From Frankiaceae bacterium (lineage in GTDB: Bacteria > Actinomycetota > Actinomycetes > BP-191), in NCBI GenBank assembly GCA_035536815.1, contig DATLNJ010000082.1, forward strand, positions 20,435 to 84,434: a stretch of DNA of 64,000 bases, read 5' to 3'. This document shows, in pieces, positions 8,828 through 17,799 of this stretch. The notes beneath the pieces are model-generated. The model ran no database searches. It saw nothing but the letters and a program-made list of their open reading frames with translations, and was not told the origin of the DNA. A program made the translations under genes and the position numbers. The first letter of the stretch is position 1, and the number at the start of each line of letters is the position of its first letter.

Positions 8828-9894
8828 GCCAGCAGCTCCCGCACCAGCCCGGCGACGAGCGCCGCGCGCTCGGGCATCGCGGACACGCTGACGTGCTCGC
8901 CCTCGGCATGCGCGCCCGCGCCGACCGCGCCGAGGCCGTCGAGCGTCGGCACGCCGATGCCCGCGGTGAAGTTGCCGTCCGAGCCGCCGCCGACCGCGAT
9001 CTGCGCCAACGCCGGCATCCCGAGCTCGGCGGCGACGCGGCAGGCGAGCGCGTAGAGCGACGCCGACGCCGACGGCGGCAACGGCGGCCGGTTGATCCCG
9101 CCACGCAGCTCCAGCGCCGTGCCCGGCGTGACCGCGACGAGCGCGCGCAACGCCGCGTCCACCCGTTGCTGCTCGGCCGGCTCCGCCGCGCGCGCGTCGA
9201 TCGCGACCGACGCGAACGCCGGCACCGTGTTCGTCGTCGTGCCCGCCGACAGCACCGTCGGCGTGACCGTGGTCCCGCGTGAAGGGTCGGCGAGCGCACC
9301 GAGCGCGAGCACCTGGTGGGCGAGCTCGACGGCGGCGTTGGCGCCGCGCTCGGGTTCGAGTCCGGCGTGCGCGGCGCGGCCGTGGACGGCCAGCGTGTAC
9401 ATGGACACGCCCTTGCGCGCGGTCTTGACGGCGCCGTCGGCGGCGGGTTCGAGGATCAACGCCGCGCGCGCACCGGCCGCGACCTCCTCGACCAGCGCGC
9501 GCGACGTGGGGGAGCCGACCTCCTCGTCCGTCGTCACGACGAACCGCACGCCGTCGAGGTCGCCGACCGAACGCAGCGCGTGGATGCCCTGGACCAGCCC
9601 GGCCTTCATGTCGAAGCAGCCGGGCCCGGTTGCGACGTCCCCGGTGACCGAGAACGGCCAGCGCGCCGTCGTGCCCAGCGGCCACACGGTGTCGGCGTGG
9701 CCGACCAGGACGACGCGGGCGTCGCCGCCGCCGGACCACACGAGGTGCGCGCGCGCCTCGGCGACCCGCCACTCGCCGCGGCTGCCGAGGTGCCGGAGGA
9801 ACAGGTCGTCGACGAGCCGCAACGCCGCCTCGGTCGCGCCGGCGTCGGCGGACGGCGACTCGACGTCGACGAGAGCCTCCAGCTCCTCGATCAC
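8824..9894 (-). CDS. M20/M25/M40 family metallopeptidase (carboxypeptidase/deacylase)
   Basis: Motifs VLVGHADTV, GPGCFDMKAG, TTDEEVGS and GGGSDGNF are present. GTG start at 9894 is preceded by AAGGAGA. The N-terminal extension of ORF 8824..10080 is not supported. Confidence 0.85.
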   Translation of the reverse strand: MIEELEALVDVESPSADAGATEAALRLVDDLFLRHLGSRGEWRVAEARAHLVWSGGGDARVVLVGHADTVWPLGTTARWPFSVTGDVATGPGCFDMKAGLVQGIHALRSVGDLDGVRFVVTTDEEVGSPTSRALVEEVAAGARAALILEPAADGAVKTARKGVSMYTLAVHGRAAHAGLEPERGANAAVELAHQVLALGALADPSRGTTVTPTVLSAGTTTNTVPAFASVAIDARAAEPAEQQRVDAALRALVAVTPGTALELRGGINRPPLPPSASASLYALACRVAAELGMPALAQIAVGGGSDGNFTAGIGVPTLDGLGAVGAGAHAEGEHVSVSAMPERAALVAGLVRELLA

Positions 9895-9967
9895 GTTTGC
9901 TCTCCTTGGCGCGGCGGCGGTTCGTCCGGCATGGTCGTACCTACCCTGCCCGAGCCGGAGGCCGCCC

Positions 9968-11074
9968 GTGAAGATCAGCGCCGTCGAGCTGCACCGCGTG
10001 CGCATGCCGCTCGTCGCGCCGTTCCGGACGTCGTTCGGGACGCAGACCGAACGCGACGTGCTGCTGGTCCGCGTCGTCACGCCCGACGCGGAGGGCTGGG
10101 GCGAGTGCGTCGCGCTGAGCGAGCCGGTCTACAGCTACGAGGACGTGGAGACCGCCGCGCACGTCCTGCGGACGCAGCTTGTGCCGCGGGTACGCGCCGC
10201 GCGCGGCCCGCTGACCGCCGCGCGGGTCGCGCCGATCGTGGAGCCGGTCAGGGGTCACCCGATGGCGAAGGCGGCGTTGGAGCTGGCGATCCTCGACGCC
10301 GAGCTGCGCGCGCACGGCCGCTCCCTCGGCGACCACCTGGGCGCGGTGAAGGACACGGTGCCGGCCGGCGTGAGCGTCGGCATCTTCGACGACGTGCCGC
10401 GGCTGCTCGACGCGGTGGAGCGCTACCTCGACCAGGGGTACGTGCGCATCAAGCTGAAGATCGAGCCTGGCTGGGACCTCACCCCGGTGCGTTCGGTACG
10501 CCAGCGCTTCGGCGACATCGGTTTGCAGGTGGACGCCAACGCCGCGTACATGCTCGCCGACGCGCGGCACCTCGCGAAGCTGGACGAGTTCGGCCTGCTG
10601 CTCGTCGAGCAGCCGCTGCCGGAGGACGACGTGCGCGGGCACGCCGCGCTCGCCCGCCTGATCCGTACGCCGATCTGCCTGGACGAGAGCATCACGAGCG
10701 CGCGGTCGGCGGCCGACGCGATCGCGCTCGGCGCCTGCTCGGTCGTCAACGTCAAGGCCGGCCGGGTCGGCGGGTACCTCGAAGCGGTCCGCGTGCACGA
10801 CGTCGCGCAGGCCAACGGCGTCCCCGTCTGGTGCGGCGGGATGCTCGAGACCGGCCTGGGCCGTGCCGCCAACGTCGCTCTGGCGGCGTTGCCGGGGTTC
10901 GTGCTGCCGGGTGACACGTCCGCGTCGGACCGGTACTACACGCAGGACGTGACGACGGCGCCGTTCGTGCTGGAGGACGGGCACGTCCGCGTGCCGACCG
11001 GCCCCGGCCTCGGCGTCGAGCCGGACCGCGACCTGCTGACCAGCCTCACGACGTCCGTGGAGACGCTGGCCTGA
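9968..11074 (+). CDS. enolase-superfamily o-succinylbenzoate synthase / N-succinylamino-acid racemase-like enzyme
   Basis: Tail of ORF 9092..11074 starting at GTG (VKISAVELHRVRMPLVAPFRTSFG). Metal/catalytic motifs are IKLKIEPGWD, QVDANAAY, LVEQPL, ICLDES and NVKAGRVGG. Confidence 0.85.
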   Translation: MKISAVELHRVRMPLVAPFRTSFGTQTERDVLLVRVVTPDAEGWGECVALSEPVYSYEDVETAAHVLRTQLVPRVRAARGPLTAARVAPIVEPVRGHPMAKAALELAILDAELRAHGRSLGDHLGAVKDTVPAGVSVGIFDDVPRLLDAVERYLDQGYVRIKLKIEPGWDLTPVRSVRQRFGDIGLQVDANAAYMLADARHLAKLDEFGLLLVEQPLPEDDVRGHAALARLIRTPICLDESITSARSAADAIALGACSVVNVKAGRVGGYLEAVRVHDVAQANGVPVWCGGMLETGLGRAANVALAALPGFVLPGDTSASDRYYTQDVTTAPFVLEDGHVRVPTGPGLGVEPDRDLLTSLTTSVETLA

Positions 11075-11077
11075 CGG

Positions 11078-11740
11078 CTACGGCACGACGGCGTACGCGC
11101 GCACCGGCCAGGTGCCTACGCCGTGCCAGGCCGGCGGCGCCGCGTGCAGCCGGGCGCCGCGGGCGGGCAGCGCGCCGAGGCCGGTCAGGTGTTCGAGGAT
11201 CAGCACGCCGGCCCGCAGCAACGTCGTGTGCGCCGGCCGGCTGCCGTCGTCCAGGTCGTCGATGTTCACCGAGTCGATGCCCACGAGCGCCGGGTGGCGG
11301 TCGGCCAGCCAGGCGGCGCCGTCGGCGGTGAGGAACGGCGCGTCCCAGGCGTACTCCGGGCCGCCCCAGCCGGCGTCGCCGCCGGTCCGGAGCAGGACGG
11401 CGGTGCCGGCCAGGTCGGTCTCGCCGAGCTCGTCGCGGAGGCGCGCGGCGTCCACCGCCCGGGCCGGCGCGTCCACGACGAGGACGGGCAGGTCCGCGAG
11501 CGCCGCCAGCGGGATCGCGGCGAGGTCGGCGCCGTCGGCGAAGCGGTGAAACGGGCTGTCCACGTAGGTGCCGGTGTTGCCGACCAGCTCGATCCGGTCC
11601 ACCTGGAACGTCGTCCCGTGCGCCGCCTCGAACTCCGCGCGGCTGCGGAACGGCGCGGTCACCGGCCCGGGGAGGCCGGGGTGCGTGAACATCCCCGGGC
11701 GGATGTCGTGGCTGAGGTCGACGAGTGGCATGCCCGCCAT
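11078..11740 (-). CDS. cyclase family protein (kynurenine-formamidase-like)
   Basis: MAGMPLVDLSHDIRPGM...GTYVDSPFH...GIDSVNID matches the putative-cyclase pattern. Only the C-terminal 220 aa of ORF 11078..12958 look coding. Confidence 0.75.
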   Translation of the reverse strand: MAGMPLVDLSHDIRPGMFTHPGLPGPVTAPFRSRAEFEAAHGTTFQVDRIELVGNTGTYVDSPFHRFADGADLAAIPLAALADLPVLVVDAPARAVDAARLRDELGETDLAGTAVLLRTGGDAGWGGPEYAWDAPFLTADGAAWLADRHPALVGIDSVNIDDLDDGSRPAHTTLLRAGVLILEHLTGLGALPARGARLHAAPPAWHGVGTWPVRAYAVVP

Positions 11741-11788
11741 CGTGCCACCCGGCAGGGGGCGCCACGGCGGGCGCCGAAGTGCGTTCGT

Positions 11789-13342
11789 ATGCGTCTCCGC
11801 TCCCTCGCGCTCTCCCTCGCGCTGACCCTCCCGCTCGCCCCCGGCCTCGGCGCCGAGGCGGCGCGCCCCGCCGGCTGCGCCGGCGTCGTGCGCGGCATCG
11901 ACCTCGACCGGGCGACCGTGCTCGACCTGCAGCGGGCGATGGCCGCGCGCAAGGTGACCAGCGTCGAGCTGGTGCGGACCTATCTCGACCGCATCAAGCA
12001 GTACGACCAGGGCCCGGCGAAGCTGAACAGCATCCGCGCGCTGAACCCCACCGCGGTCAAGCAGGCCGCCGCGCTCGACAAGGAGCGCCGTCGCGGGCGG
12101 GTGCGCGGGCCGTTGCACGGCATCCCCGTCCTGCTCAAGGACAACGTCGGCACCAAGGACCTGCCGACGACCGCGGGCTCGATCGCGCTGGCCGGGAGCG
12201 TGCCGAAGAACGACGCCACGATCACCGCCAAGCTGCGTGCCGCCGGTGCGGTGATCCTCGGCAAGGCGAACCTCTCGGAGTTCGCGAACTGGGTCGACCT
12301 CGACATGCCGAACGGCTACTCGTCGCTCGGCGGCCAGGTCGTGAACCCCTACACCGAGGGCGACCCGAGCGGGTCGTCGTCCGGGTCGGGCGTCGCGGCC
12401 GCGATGGCGTTCGCGGCGGTCACGATCGGCAGCGAGACGTCCGGCAGCATCCTCAGCCCGAGCGAGGCGAACAGCGTCGTCGGCCTCAAGCCGACGCTCG
12501 GCCTGACGAGCCGTTACGGCATCCTGCCGCTCGCGCCGGGCTTCGACGTGGCCGGTCCGATGACGCGCAATGTCACCGACGCCGCCGCCGTCATCGACGC
12601 GATCGCCGGCGCCGACCCCAAGGACGCCGTGACCAACGGCGCGAAGTCGCCGGGTGCGCTGAAGGCGTTGCGCCGCGACGCGCTGAAGGGCGTACGCCTC
12701 GGCATCCCGTCGGCCAACAACCAGCCGGCCGGCGCGCGCGGGCAGCTGTTCGACGCGGCGGTCGCGAAGCTCAGGGCGCTCGGCGCGACGATCGTCGAGA
12801 CCGACGTCGTGCCCACCGCTGGGCTTGCCTCGATCACCGAGATCGGGCTGATCCCGAACGAGTTCAAGTGGTCGCTGAACGAGTACCTCAGGACCGAGGC
12901 GCGGCCGAAGACCGGTGTGAAGACGCTGAGCGACATCATCGCGTTCAACGAGAAGCACCCGGACAAGGTGAAGTACGGGCAGGACCTCCTAGAGGCCTCC
13001 GACGCGACGCCGGGTAGCGGCGAGCTCGCGACGGCCACCGCGCTCGTGGTGCGCACGCAGGCGCAGCAGGTGATCGACGCGGCGCTCGCCAAGGACGACC
13101 TCGACGCGATCGTGGACGCCGGCGCGTCGAACGCGAACGTCGGCGCGGCGGCCGGGTACCCAACCGTCGTCACGCCGATGGGCTACGTCAACGAGTCCGC
13201 GCCGGCCGGGTTGGCGTTCACGGGAACGAAGCTCACCGAGGCGCGGCTGCTGGCGTACGCGTACGCGTTCGAGCAGAGCGGGCGGTGGCGGCAGCGGCCG
13301 ACGGCGTTGAACCCGGACCTGCGCCCGCGCGCCTGCCGCTGA
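11789..13342 (+). CDS. secreted amidase (amidase-signature family)
   Basis: Signal peptide MRLRSLALSLALTLPLAPGLGAEA. AS-family motifs are GIPVLLKDN, TTAGS and GGSSSGSGVAAA-like (GSSSGSGVAAAMAF). Confidence 0.85.
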   Translation: MRLRSLALSLALTLPLAPGLGAEAARPAGCAGVVRGIDLDRATVLDLQRAMAARKVTSVELVRTYLDRIKQYDQGPAKLNSIRALNPTAVKQAAALDKERRRGRVRGPLHGIPVLLKDNVGTKDLPTTAGSIALAGSVPKNDATITAKLRAAGAVILGKANLSEFANWVDLDMPNGYSSLGGQVVNPYTEGDPSGSSSGSGVAAAMAFAAVTIGSETSGSILSPSEANSVVGLKPTLGLTSRYGILPLAPGFDVAGPMTRNVTDAAAVIDAIAGADPKDAVTNGAKSPGALKALRRDALKGVRLGIPSANNQPAGARGQLFDAAVAKLRALGATIVETDVVPTAGLASITEIGLIPNEFKWSLNEYLRTEARPKTGVKTLSDIIAFNEKHPDKVKYGQDLLEASDATPGSGELATATALVVRTQAQQVIDAALAKDDLDAIVDAGASNANVGAAAGYPTVVTPMGYVNESAPAGLAFTGTKLTEARLLAYAYAFEQSGRWRQRPTALNPDLRPRACR

Positions 13343-13412
13343 GGCGTATTTGAACGACGGGCCGGGCCGCCGACTGCTGCGCGACCCGGCCCGTCGAAAT
13401 CGGGCGTGCGTC

Positions 13413-14234
13413 CTACCAGTTGAAGCCCGCCGGGTAGGTGACGGAGGCGAGCACCTGCTGGCCGGAGGTGTTCGGGTGGAAGTAGTCCCACGTCGACACC
13501 TGGCTCAGCACGAACTGGTAGTTGAAGACGGCGTTGCCGTCGAAGTCGCAGTTGGCGCCGTACGCGGTGCACGCCTGCGCCAGCTGCGTGTTGAAGTCGA
13601 CGACCCGCTGCCGCACGCGCTCGCGGCGGTCCACGTCGGCCTGCGCGGTCGACTGCGGGTTCGCCAGCATCGACTGGCAGATTTTGAAGCCGGACCACGC
13701 GTTGCGCGCCGAGCTGCTGTCCTTGCCGATGAACCACAGCCGCTTGACGTCCGGCACGCTCGCGACGAACACCGCGGCGTTCGGCAGGCCGGCCTTCAGC
13801 GTCGCGAGCGCCTGGTCGAGCTGCGCGCGGTACGTCGCCACCGGCGTCATCGTGGACTCGCTGCTGGTGCAGGCGTCGTTGGCGCCCATCAGGATCGTGA
13901 CGTACTTCGCGCCGCGGCTGACCGCCGTCTGCGCCTGACCGTTGAGGTCGACCATCTTCGCGCCGGACCGCGCGTCGTTGAAGTTGAAGCCGTTGATGGC
14001 GGCGTTCTTCGACCTGATGCGCAGGTAGTGGCTGTTGACGCTGGCGTAGCCGCCGGTGGACCACGAACGGTCGGTGCAGTCGCTGTACCAGCCGCAGGCG
14101 TTGAAGCCGCGGGTGATGGAGTCACCGAGCGAGCTCATCGAGCTCGGGATCGGCGGGATCGCGTGGGCGGTGCCGCCGGCGGCGAGCACGCTGCCCGCGA
14201 CGGTTGCGATGAGGAGTGCGGAACGGATGCGCAT
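13413..14234 (-). CDS. secreted SGNH/GDSL-type hydrolase (lipase/esterase)
   Basis: Signal peptide MRIRSALLIATVAGSVLAAGGTAHA. Block I is SLGDSITRGF, with GANDAC and a C-terminal DYFHPN (the DxxH catalytic block). Confidence 0.8.
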   Translation of the reverse strand: MRIRSALLIATVAGSVLAAGGTAHAIPPIPSSMSSLGDSITRGFNACGWYSDCTDRSWSTGGYASVNSHYLRIRSKNAAINGFNFNDARSGAKMVDLNGQAQTAVSRGAKYVTILMGANDACTSSESTMTPVATYRAQLDQALATLKAGLPNAAVFVASVPDVKRLWFIGKDSSSARNAWSGFKICQSMLANPQSTAQADVDRRERVRQRVVDFNTQLAQACTAYGANCDFDGNAVFNYQFVLSQVSTWDYFHPNTSGQQVLASVTYPAGFNW

Positions 14235-14380
14235 GTAGGGGCTCCCTCGTTCGTACCGGCGCACGCCGTCGTGCGCGCGGATCGGGAGATGCTCGCAGCG
14301 GCGGCTTCCCCGCACAAGATCCACCGGCGGCCAACTCGTTCGGCGGCGCGCCGCCGCTCCGGTACGATGGCGCGACACCA

Positions 14381-14453
14381 GCGCTCGTAGCTCAACGGAT
14401 AGAGCATCTGACTACGGATCAGAAGGTTGGGGGTTCGAGTCCCTCCGAGCGCG
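14381..14453 (+). tRNA. tRNA-Arg (anticodon ACG)
   Basis: Hand-folded cloverleaf. Acceptor GCGCTCG/CGAGCGC, D-arm GCTC-AACGGATA-GAGC, anticodon arm TCTGA-CTACGGA-TCAGA (ACG), T-arm GGGGG-TTCGAGT-CCCTC, discriminator G. No encoded CCA. Confidence 0.9.
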
Positions 14454-14482
14454 CTCACAAAGTCGCAGGTCAGAGGCTTGCA
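14412..14482 (+). repeat. attL: 71-bp perfect direct repeat (tRNA-Arg 3' half plus 29 nt of trailer)
   Basis: Identical letter for letter to 48484-48554 (CTACGGATCAGAAGGTTGGGGGTTCGAGTCCCTCCGAGCGCGCTCACAAAGTCGCAGGTCAGAGGCTTGCA). 9 of the next 11 nt also match. Confidence 0.85.
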
Positions 14483-14523
14483 CGGCTGTCACTGACCTCG
14501 CGGTCGGACCCTCCAGAGGCCCG

Positions 14524-14544
14524 ACTTCTAACGAACTTCTAACG
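14524..14544 (+). promoter_or_regulatory. tandem ACTTCTAACG repeats; candidate integrase arm-type binding sites (attL side)
   Basis: ACTTCTAACG-A-ACTTCTAACG lies between attL and the integrase gene. The same motif pair recurs just inside attR (48349-48368) and in degenerate form outside it (48568-48588). Confidence 0.45.
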
Positions 14545-14638
14545 GAGCTCTCCGGGTCGCGCGGTCCGGATGTGGCCCTACCGGCACCTACTGTCGGAGT
14601 GCCGCGATCGTTGCGGCCGTGGGCCGGAGGGCCGAGAA

Positions 14639-15790
14639 GTGCGTGGTCACGTAGCCAAGAAGGGCAAGCGGTACTACGTCGTGCTCGACGTGGGCGTGGA
14701 CGAGCGCGGCAAGCGGAAGCAGAAGTGGCTCTCAGGGTTCGACACCAAGAGCGAGGCCGAGCGCGGCCTCACCGAGGCGCTGAGCGCCGTCGACCGCGGG
14801 ACCTACATCGAGCCGAGCCGACAGACGTTGGAGCGGTACCTGCTCGACGAGTGGCTGCCGGCCTGCGCCGCGCGCATCCGCCCGACGACCGTCGAGTCGT
14901 ACCGCCACCTCATCGAGCTGCACGTCGTCCCGGCGATCGGCCGTACCCCGCTCGCGCAGCTCACACCGCTGTCGCTCACCAAGTTCTACGGCACGCTGCT
15001 CACGAACGGACGAGTCCGTGGCTCCGGTGGTCTGTCGCCGCGCACCGTGCGCTATGTCCACTCGATCATCCGCAAGGCAATGTCGGACGCAGTGGCATGG
15101 CGGCTCCTGCCCACGAACCCCTGCGACGGCGCCGTACCGCCGTCCGCCGCCGCGGCGAAGTCGCCGGAGATGAAGGTCTGGAACGCCGACCAGGTCCGCG
15201 CGTTCCTCGACTTCACCCGCGAGGACCGCGACTACATCACCTGGCACCTGGCCGTCTCCTGCGGCCTCCGCCGCGGCGAGGTGTGCGGACTCCGCTGGTC
15301 CGACCTCTCGCTCGATGCGACGCCGCCGACGCTCTCGGTCAAGCAGCAACTCGTGGAGTCGATGTACCGGCTGACGTTCGCGCCGCCCAAGACCGCCCGC
15401 GGCAAGCGGCTCGTCGTCCTCGACCCGGTGACTGTTGCCGCGCTGCGGGCGCACCGTGCCCGCCAGGCTGCCGAACGGCTCGCGCTCGGCGCCGCGTACG
15501 ACGACCACGACCTGGTCGTCGCGCGTCTCGATGGGACGCCGGTGCATCCGAACAACGTCGGCCAGCATTTCCGACGCCAGATCGTCAAGGCTGGCTTGCC
15601 GCTGATCCGGTTCCACGACCTCCGGCACACGCACGCGACCCTCGCGTTGCAGGCCGGCATCCATCCGAAGATCGTCAGCGAGCGGCTCGGACATGCCAGC
15701 ACGTCGTTCACCCTCGATGTCTACAGCCACGCCACGCCGACTATGCAGCAGCAGGCGGCTGACCTCATGTCTGCGGTGTTGAGCAGGTGA
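14639..15790 (+). CDS. tyrosine recombinase / phage-type integrase
   Basis: C-terminal catalytic motifs are RRGEVCGLRWSDL and FHDLRHTHATLALQAGIHPKIVSERLGHASTSFTLDVYSH (R...HxxR...Y). The maximal ORF starts at 14570. The GTG at 14639 is preferred because a GGAGG lies 8 nt upstream. Confidence 0.9.
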   Translation: MRGHVAKKGKRYYVVLDVGVDERGKRKQKWLSGFDTKSEAERGLTEALSAVDRGTYIEPSRQTLERYLLDEWLPACAARIRPTTVESYRHLIELHVVPAIGRTPLAQLTPLSLTKFYGTLLTNGRVRGSGGLSPRTVRYVHSIIRKAMSDAVAWRLLPTNPCDGAVPPSAAAAKSPEMKVWNADQVRAFLDFTREDRDYITWHLAVSCGLRRGEVCGLRWSDLSLDATPPTLSVKQQLVESMYRLTFAPPKTARGKRLVVLDPVTVAALRAHRARQAAERLALGAAYDDHDLVVARLDGTPVHPNNVGQHFRRQIVKAGLPLIRFHDLRHTHATLALQAGIHPKIVSERLGHASTSFTLDVYSHATPTMQQQAADLMSAVLSR

Positions 15791-15824
15791 AGCGTTGCAA
15801 CAACGTCGCTGCGCACCCGTCGCC

Positions 15825-15900
15825 GGGGCAGTCGGGACTCGTGTGGCGTGGCGGGGCCCTCATAATCCCTGGATCGCAGGTTCGAGCCCTGCCTGCCCCA
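15825..15900 (+). other. degenerate tRNA-like element (perfect acceptor stem and T-arm, CAT in a distorted anticodon region)
   Basis: 76 nt. GGGGCAG/CTGCCCC acceptor (7/7), T-arm GCAGG-TTCGAGC-CCTGC, discriminator A. No D-stem can be drawn and the anticodon stem has only 4 bp with a 9-nt loop. It is followed by AAAGGCGCAGGTCAGAGGC, nearly identical to the trailer of tRNA-Arg. Confidence 0.35.
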
Positions 15901-16299
15901 CACCCAAAGGCGCAGGTCAGAGGCCCGATCCGGCGCCCTGGCGAGCCCATCCGAAGATCATCTTCGGAGCCGATGCTGACAGATTGCTGACAAGCGGGTC
16001 GGGAACCTGCAACAGGTCGTGCGACCTTCCTCCTCCCGGGATCGCCGCCAGCGGCACCGGATGTCCGCCTCTGCGGGCGGTGCGAGGAGGATCCTTATGG
16101 GACGACCGCGGCAGCTATGGGCCGGGCCTGTCACGACGCGGCGACACCTACGTCTACAACTGACGCGACGCGAGCGGCCAGGTGTTCCGCCGGAAGTACA
16201 CCCCGAGGAGGCCACGCCCACGCGTGGGCAGTTCCGGCTGGGCTGGGGAGGTCTCGTCCTTCGTTTCTGCCTTCCATCAGCGCGGCATCGACCGCGATC

Positions 16300-17085
16300 T
16301 CAGCCGGGGTGGGTGACGACCGCGGCAATCTGCTCCGCAATCTCCTCGATGGTGAACTCGGCGGTGCTCATCGCCACCTTGTCCGCGAGCGACGGGCTGA
16401 ACGCACGCACGTGATCGGCGGTCAGGTCGTGCCATATCGGCAGCAGAGACTGTTCGCCGGCTACGGTTCGGGTCACCAGACCGTCGAGCTCGTGGTTCGT
16501 CCACCCCTTGCGGAAGAACGCCTCTGAGAGAACGACGACGCCGAAACGGCTCGAGCGGATGCCGTCGTCGATCTTGCGGCGCAGGCTGTGCCCGATCCGC
16601 ATCTGGGCCTCGTCGAGCCACACGCTGATGCCCATTCGGGTGAGCGCGTCCCGCAACGGCCTGGCGACGGCCGTCTTGTCCTCGCTGGCGTGGCTAATGA
16701 ACACGTCCCAGGTCTGCCCGCCGAGCAGATCGCCTTCGGGCACCTCAGGGTTTTCGCGGATCGCGACCCGTGACGCCGGGTTCTCCTCGGCGGAGCGCGC
16801 TGTCGGTAGGAAGCCGCGGGGCGGCGGTTGGACCGCGACGCTGGCTGAGATGCGTCCGGCGTACCCGCCGAGGTCGATGGCCACCACCCAGTGACCGTTG
16901 GATGGGACCGTGACGCGGAAGGGCGATCGGGTGACTCGGCCGCCGTGGTAGTGGTACCGGCGTCCCGCCTTGTAGTTTCGGTACTCGCTGCTGGTCATCA
17001 GTTGGACGTTTGCCTGGTTCTTCAGGGTCACCACGACGGTGGATCCCTTCTTAAGATTGCCCAGGTCGAAACTCAAGTGCTCCAT
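16300..17085 (-). CDS. DUF1883-like N-domain fused to a TIR domain
   Basis: Start at the internal ATG (MEHLSFDLGNLKKGSTVVVTLKNQANVQLMTSSEYRNYKAGRRYHYHGGRVTRSPFRV = DUF1883-like). The C-terminal TIR has WDVFISHASEDK, a RFGVVVLSEAFFRKGWTNHELDG block (candidate catalytic Glu) and LLPIWH. The 74 aa upstream in the track ORF are Arg-rich junk. Confidence 0.8.
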   Translation of the reverse strand: MEHLSFDLGNLKKGSTVVVTLKNQANVQLMTSSEYRNYKAGRRYHYHGGRVTRSPFRVTVPSNGHWVVAIDLGGYAGRISASVAVQPPPRGFLPTARSAEENPASRVAIRENPEVPEGDLLGGQTWDVFISHASEDKTAVARPLRDALTRMGISVWLDEAQMRIGHSLRRKIDDGIRSSRFGVVVLSEAFFRKGWTNHELDGLVTRTVAGEQSLLPIWHDLTADHVRAFSPSLADKVAMSTAEFTIEEIAEQIAAVVTHPG

Positions 17086-17096
17086 CGGTGCTTCGC

Positions 17097-17786
17097 CTAC
17101 CCCTGGGCCTTGCGCGTCTGTGCCCGCTCTGCCGCTGCCCGCTGGGCCTCCCTGCGCACGTCGGTGTGGTGAATCTCGGTTCGCAGCCGCTGCTGAGGGG
17201 AGGGCGACCCTTCTCTCACCCACTGCTCGAAGACACCGGCTTCGGCATCGAGCGCGTCGTCGTCGCCAATCTCGGCCGCGGTGAGCACTTGCTCGAGCCA
17301 GTCCCACAAGATTTCAGCTTCCGTCAGGACTGGTGCAGACGCGCTGCGCAGCACCTCCAAGGCCATCTCAGTACGCGTGTAGTGCTTTATGAGTCGTTGT
17401 TGCAGCACGTAGATGCCCTGGTGGGACAGCGTGGCAATGCGGCGGCTGCGGGTCAGAAGCTCGACGGGGCAGGCCGTGACGTCGATGAACTTGGTGGCGA
17501 AGTGCTTGCCGTCGGCTAGCTCTGCGAGCGGCATGATCCGAGGGTTGCCTTGCCATCCTGTGCCGGTCACCAGTTGGTACCGCTCGACCGGCGCGACGGT
17601 GATGCGCGGGATCAGAGCGGCGCCGGTCCGCATCGCGCATGGGTGGGCGACGATTTGGACCTTCGTGGGTTCCTCGCCGAAACCGGGCAGAACGACGTCA
17701 TCGAACACGTCACCTTGAAGCACGGGGCGTGCTCTGCTGACGTCTGCTCGCTCGTCGTACAGAGCGTCCGGCTCGATCTGATCCAT
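17097..17786 (-). CDS. hypothetical protein (229 aa), no family recognised
   Basis: Clean ORF with non-junk composition. It lies 13 nt downstream of the HTH gene and 11 nt upstream of the TIR gene on the same strand. Confidence 0.65.
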   Translation of the reverse strand: MDQIEPDALYDERADVSRARPVLQGDVFDDVVLPGFGEEPTKVQIVAHPCAMRTGAALIPRITVAPVERYQLVTGTGWQGNPRIMPLAELADGKHFATKFIDVTACPVELLTRSRRIATLSHQGIYVLQQRLIKHYTRTEMALEVLRSASAPVLTEAEILWDWLEQVLTAAEIGDDDALDAEAGVFEQWVREGSPSPQQRLRTEIHHTDVRREAQRAAAERAQTRKAQG

Positions 17787-17799
17787 CTACTCTGGGTGC

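Noticed and set aside
14466-14498. Intrinsic terminator hairpin after tRNA-Arg (AGGTCAG...CTGACCT)
   Set aside because: It has only a 7-bp stem with an 18-nt loop and no U-tract, which is too weak to call. The same AGGTCAG motif is better explained as part of the conserved tRNA trailer/att repeat.
15825-15900. Functional tRNA-Met/Ile (CAT) gene
   Set aside because: Acceptor and T-arm are perfect, but no D-stem can be paired and the anticodon stem has only 4 bp with a 9-nt loop. It is kept only as a tRNA-like relic.
16019-16527. ORFs 16019..16414 and 16117..16527 (+) and 16277..16621 (-) around the end of the TIR gene
   Set aside because: They are junk-composition frames overlapping the well-supported TIR C-terminus or the non-coding stretch after the tRNA-like relic.
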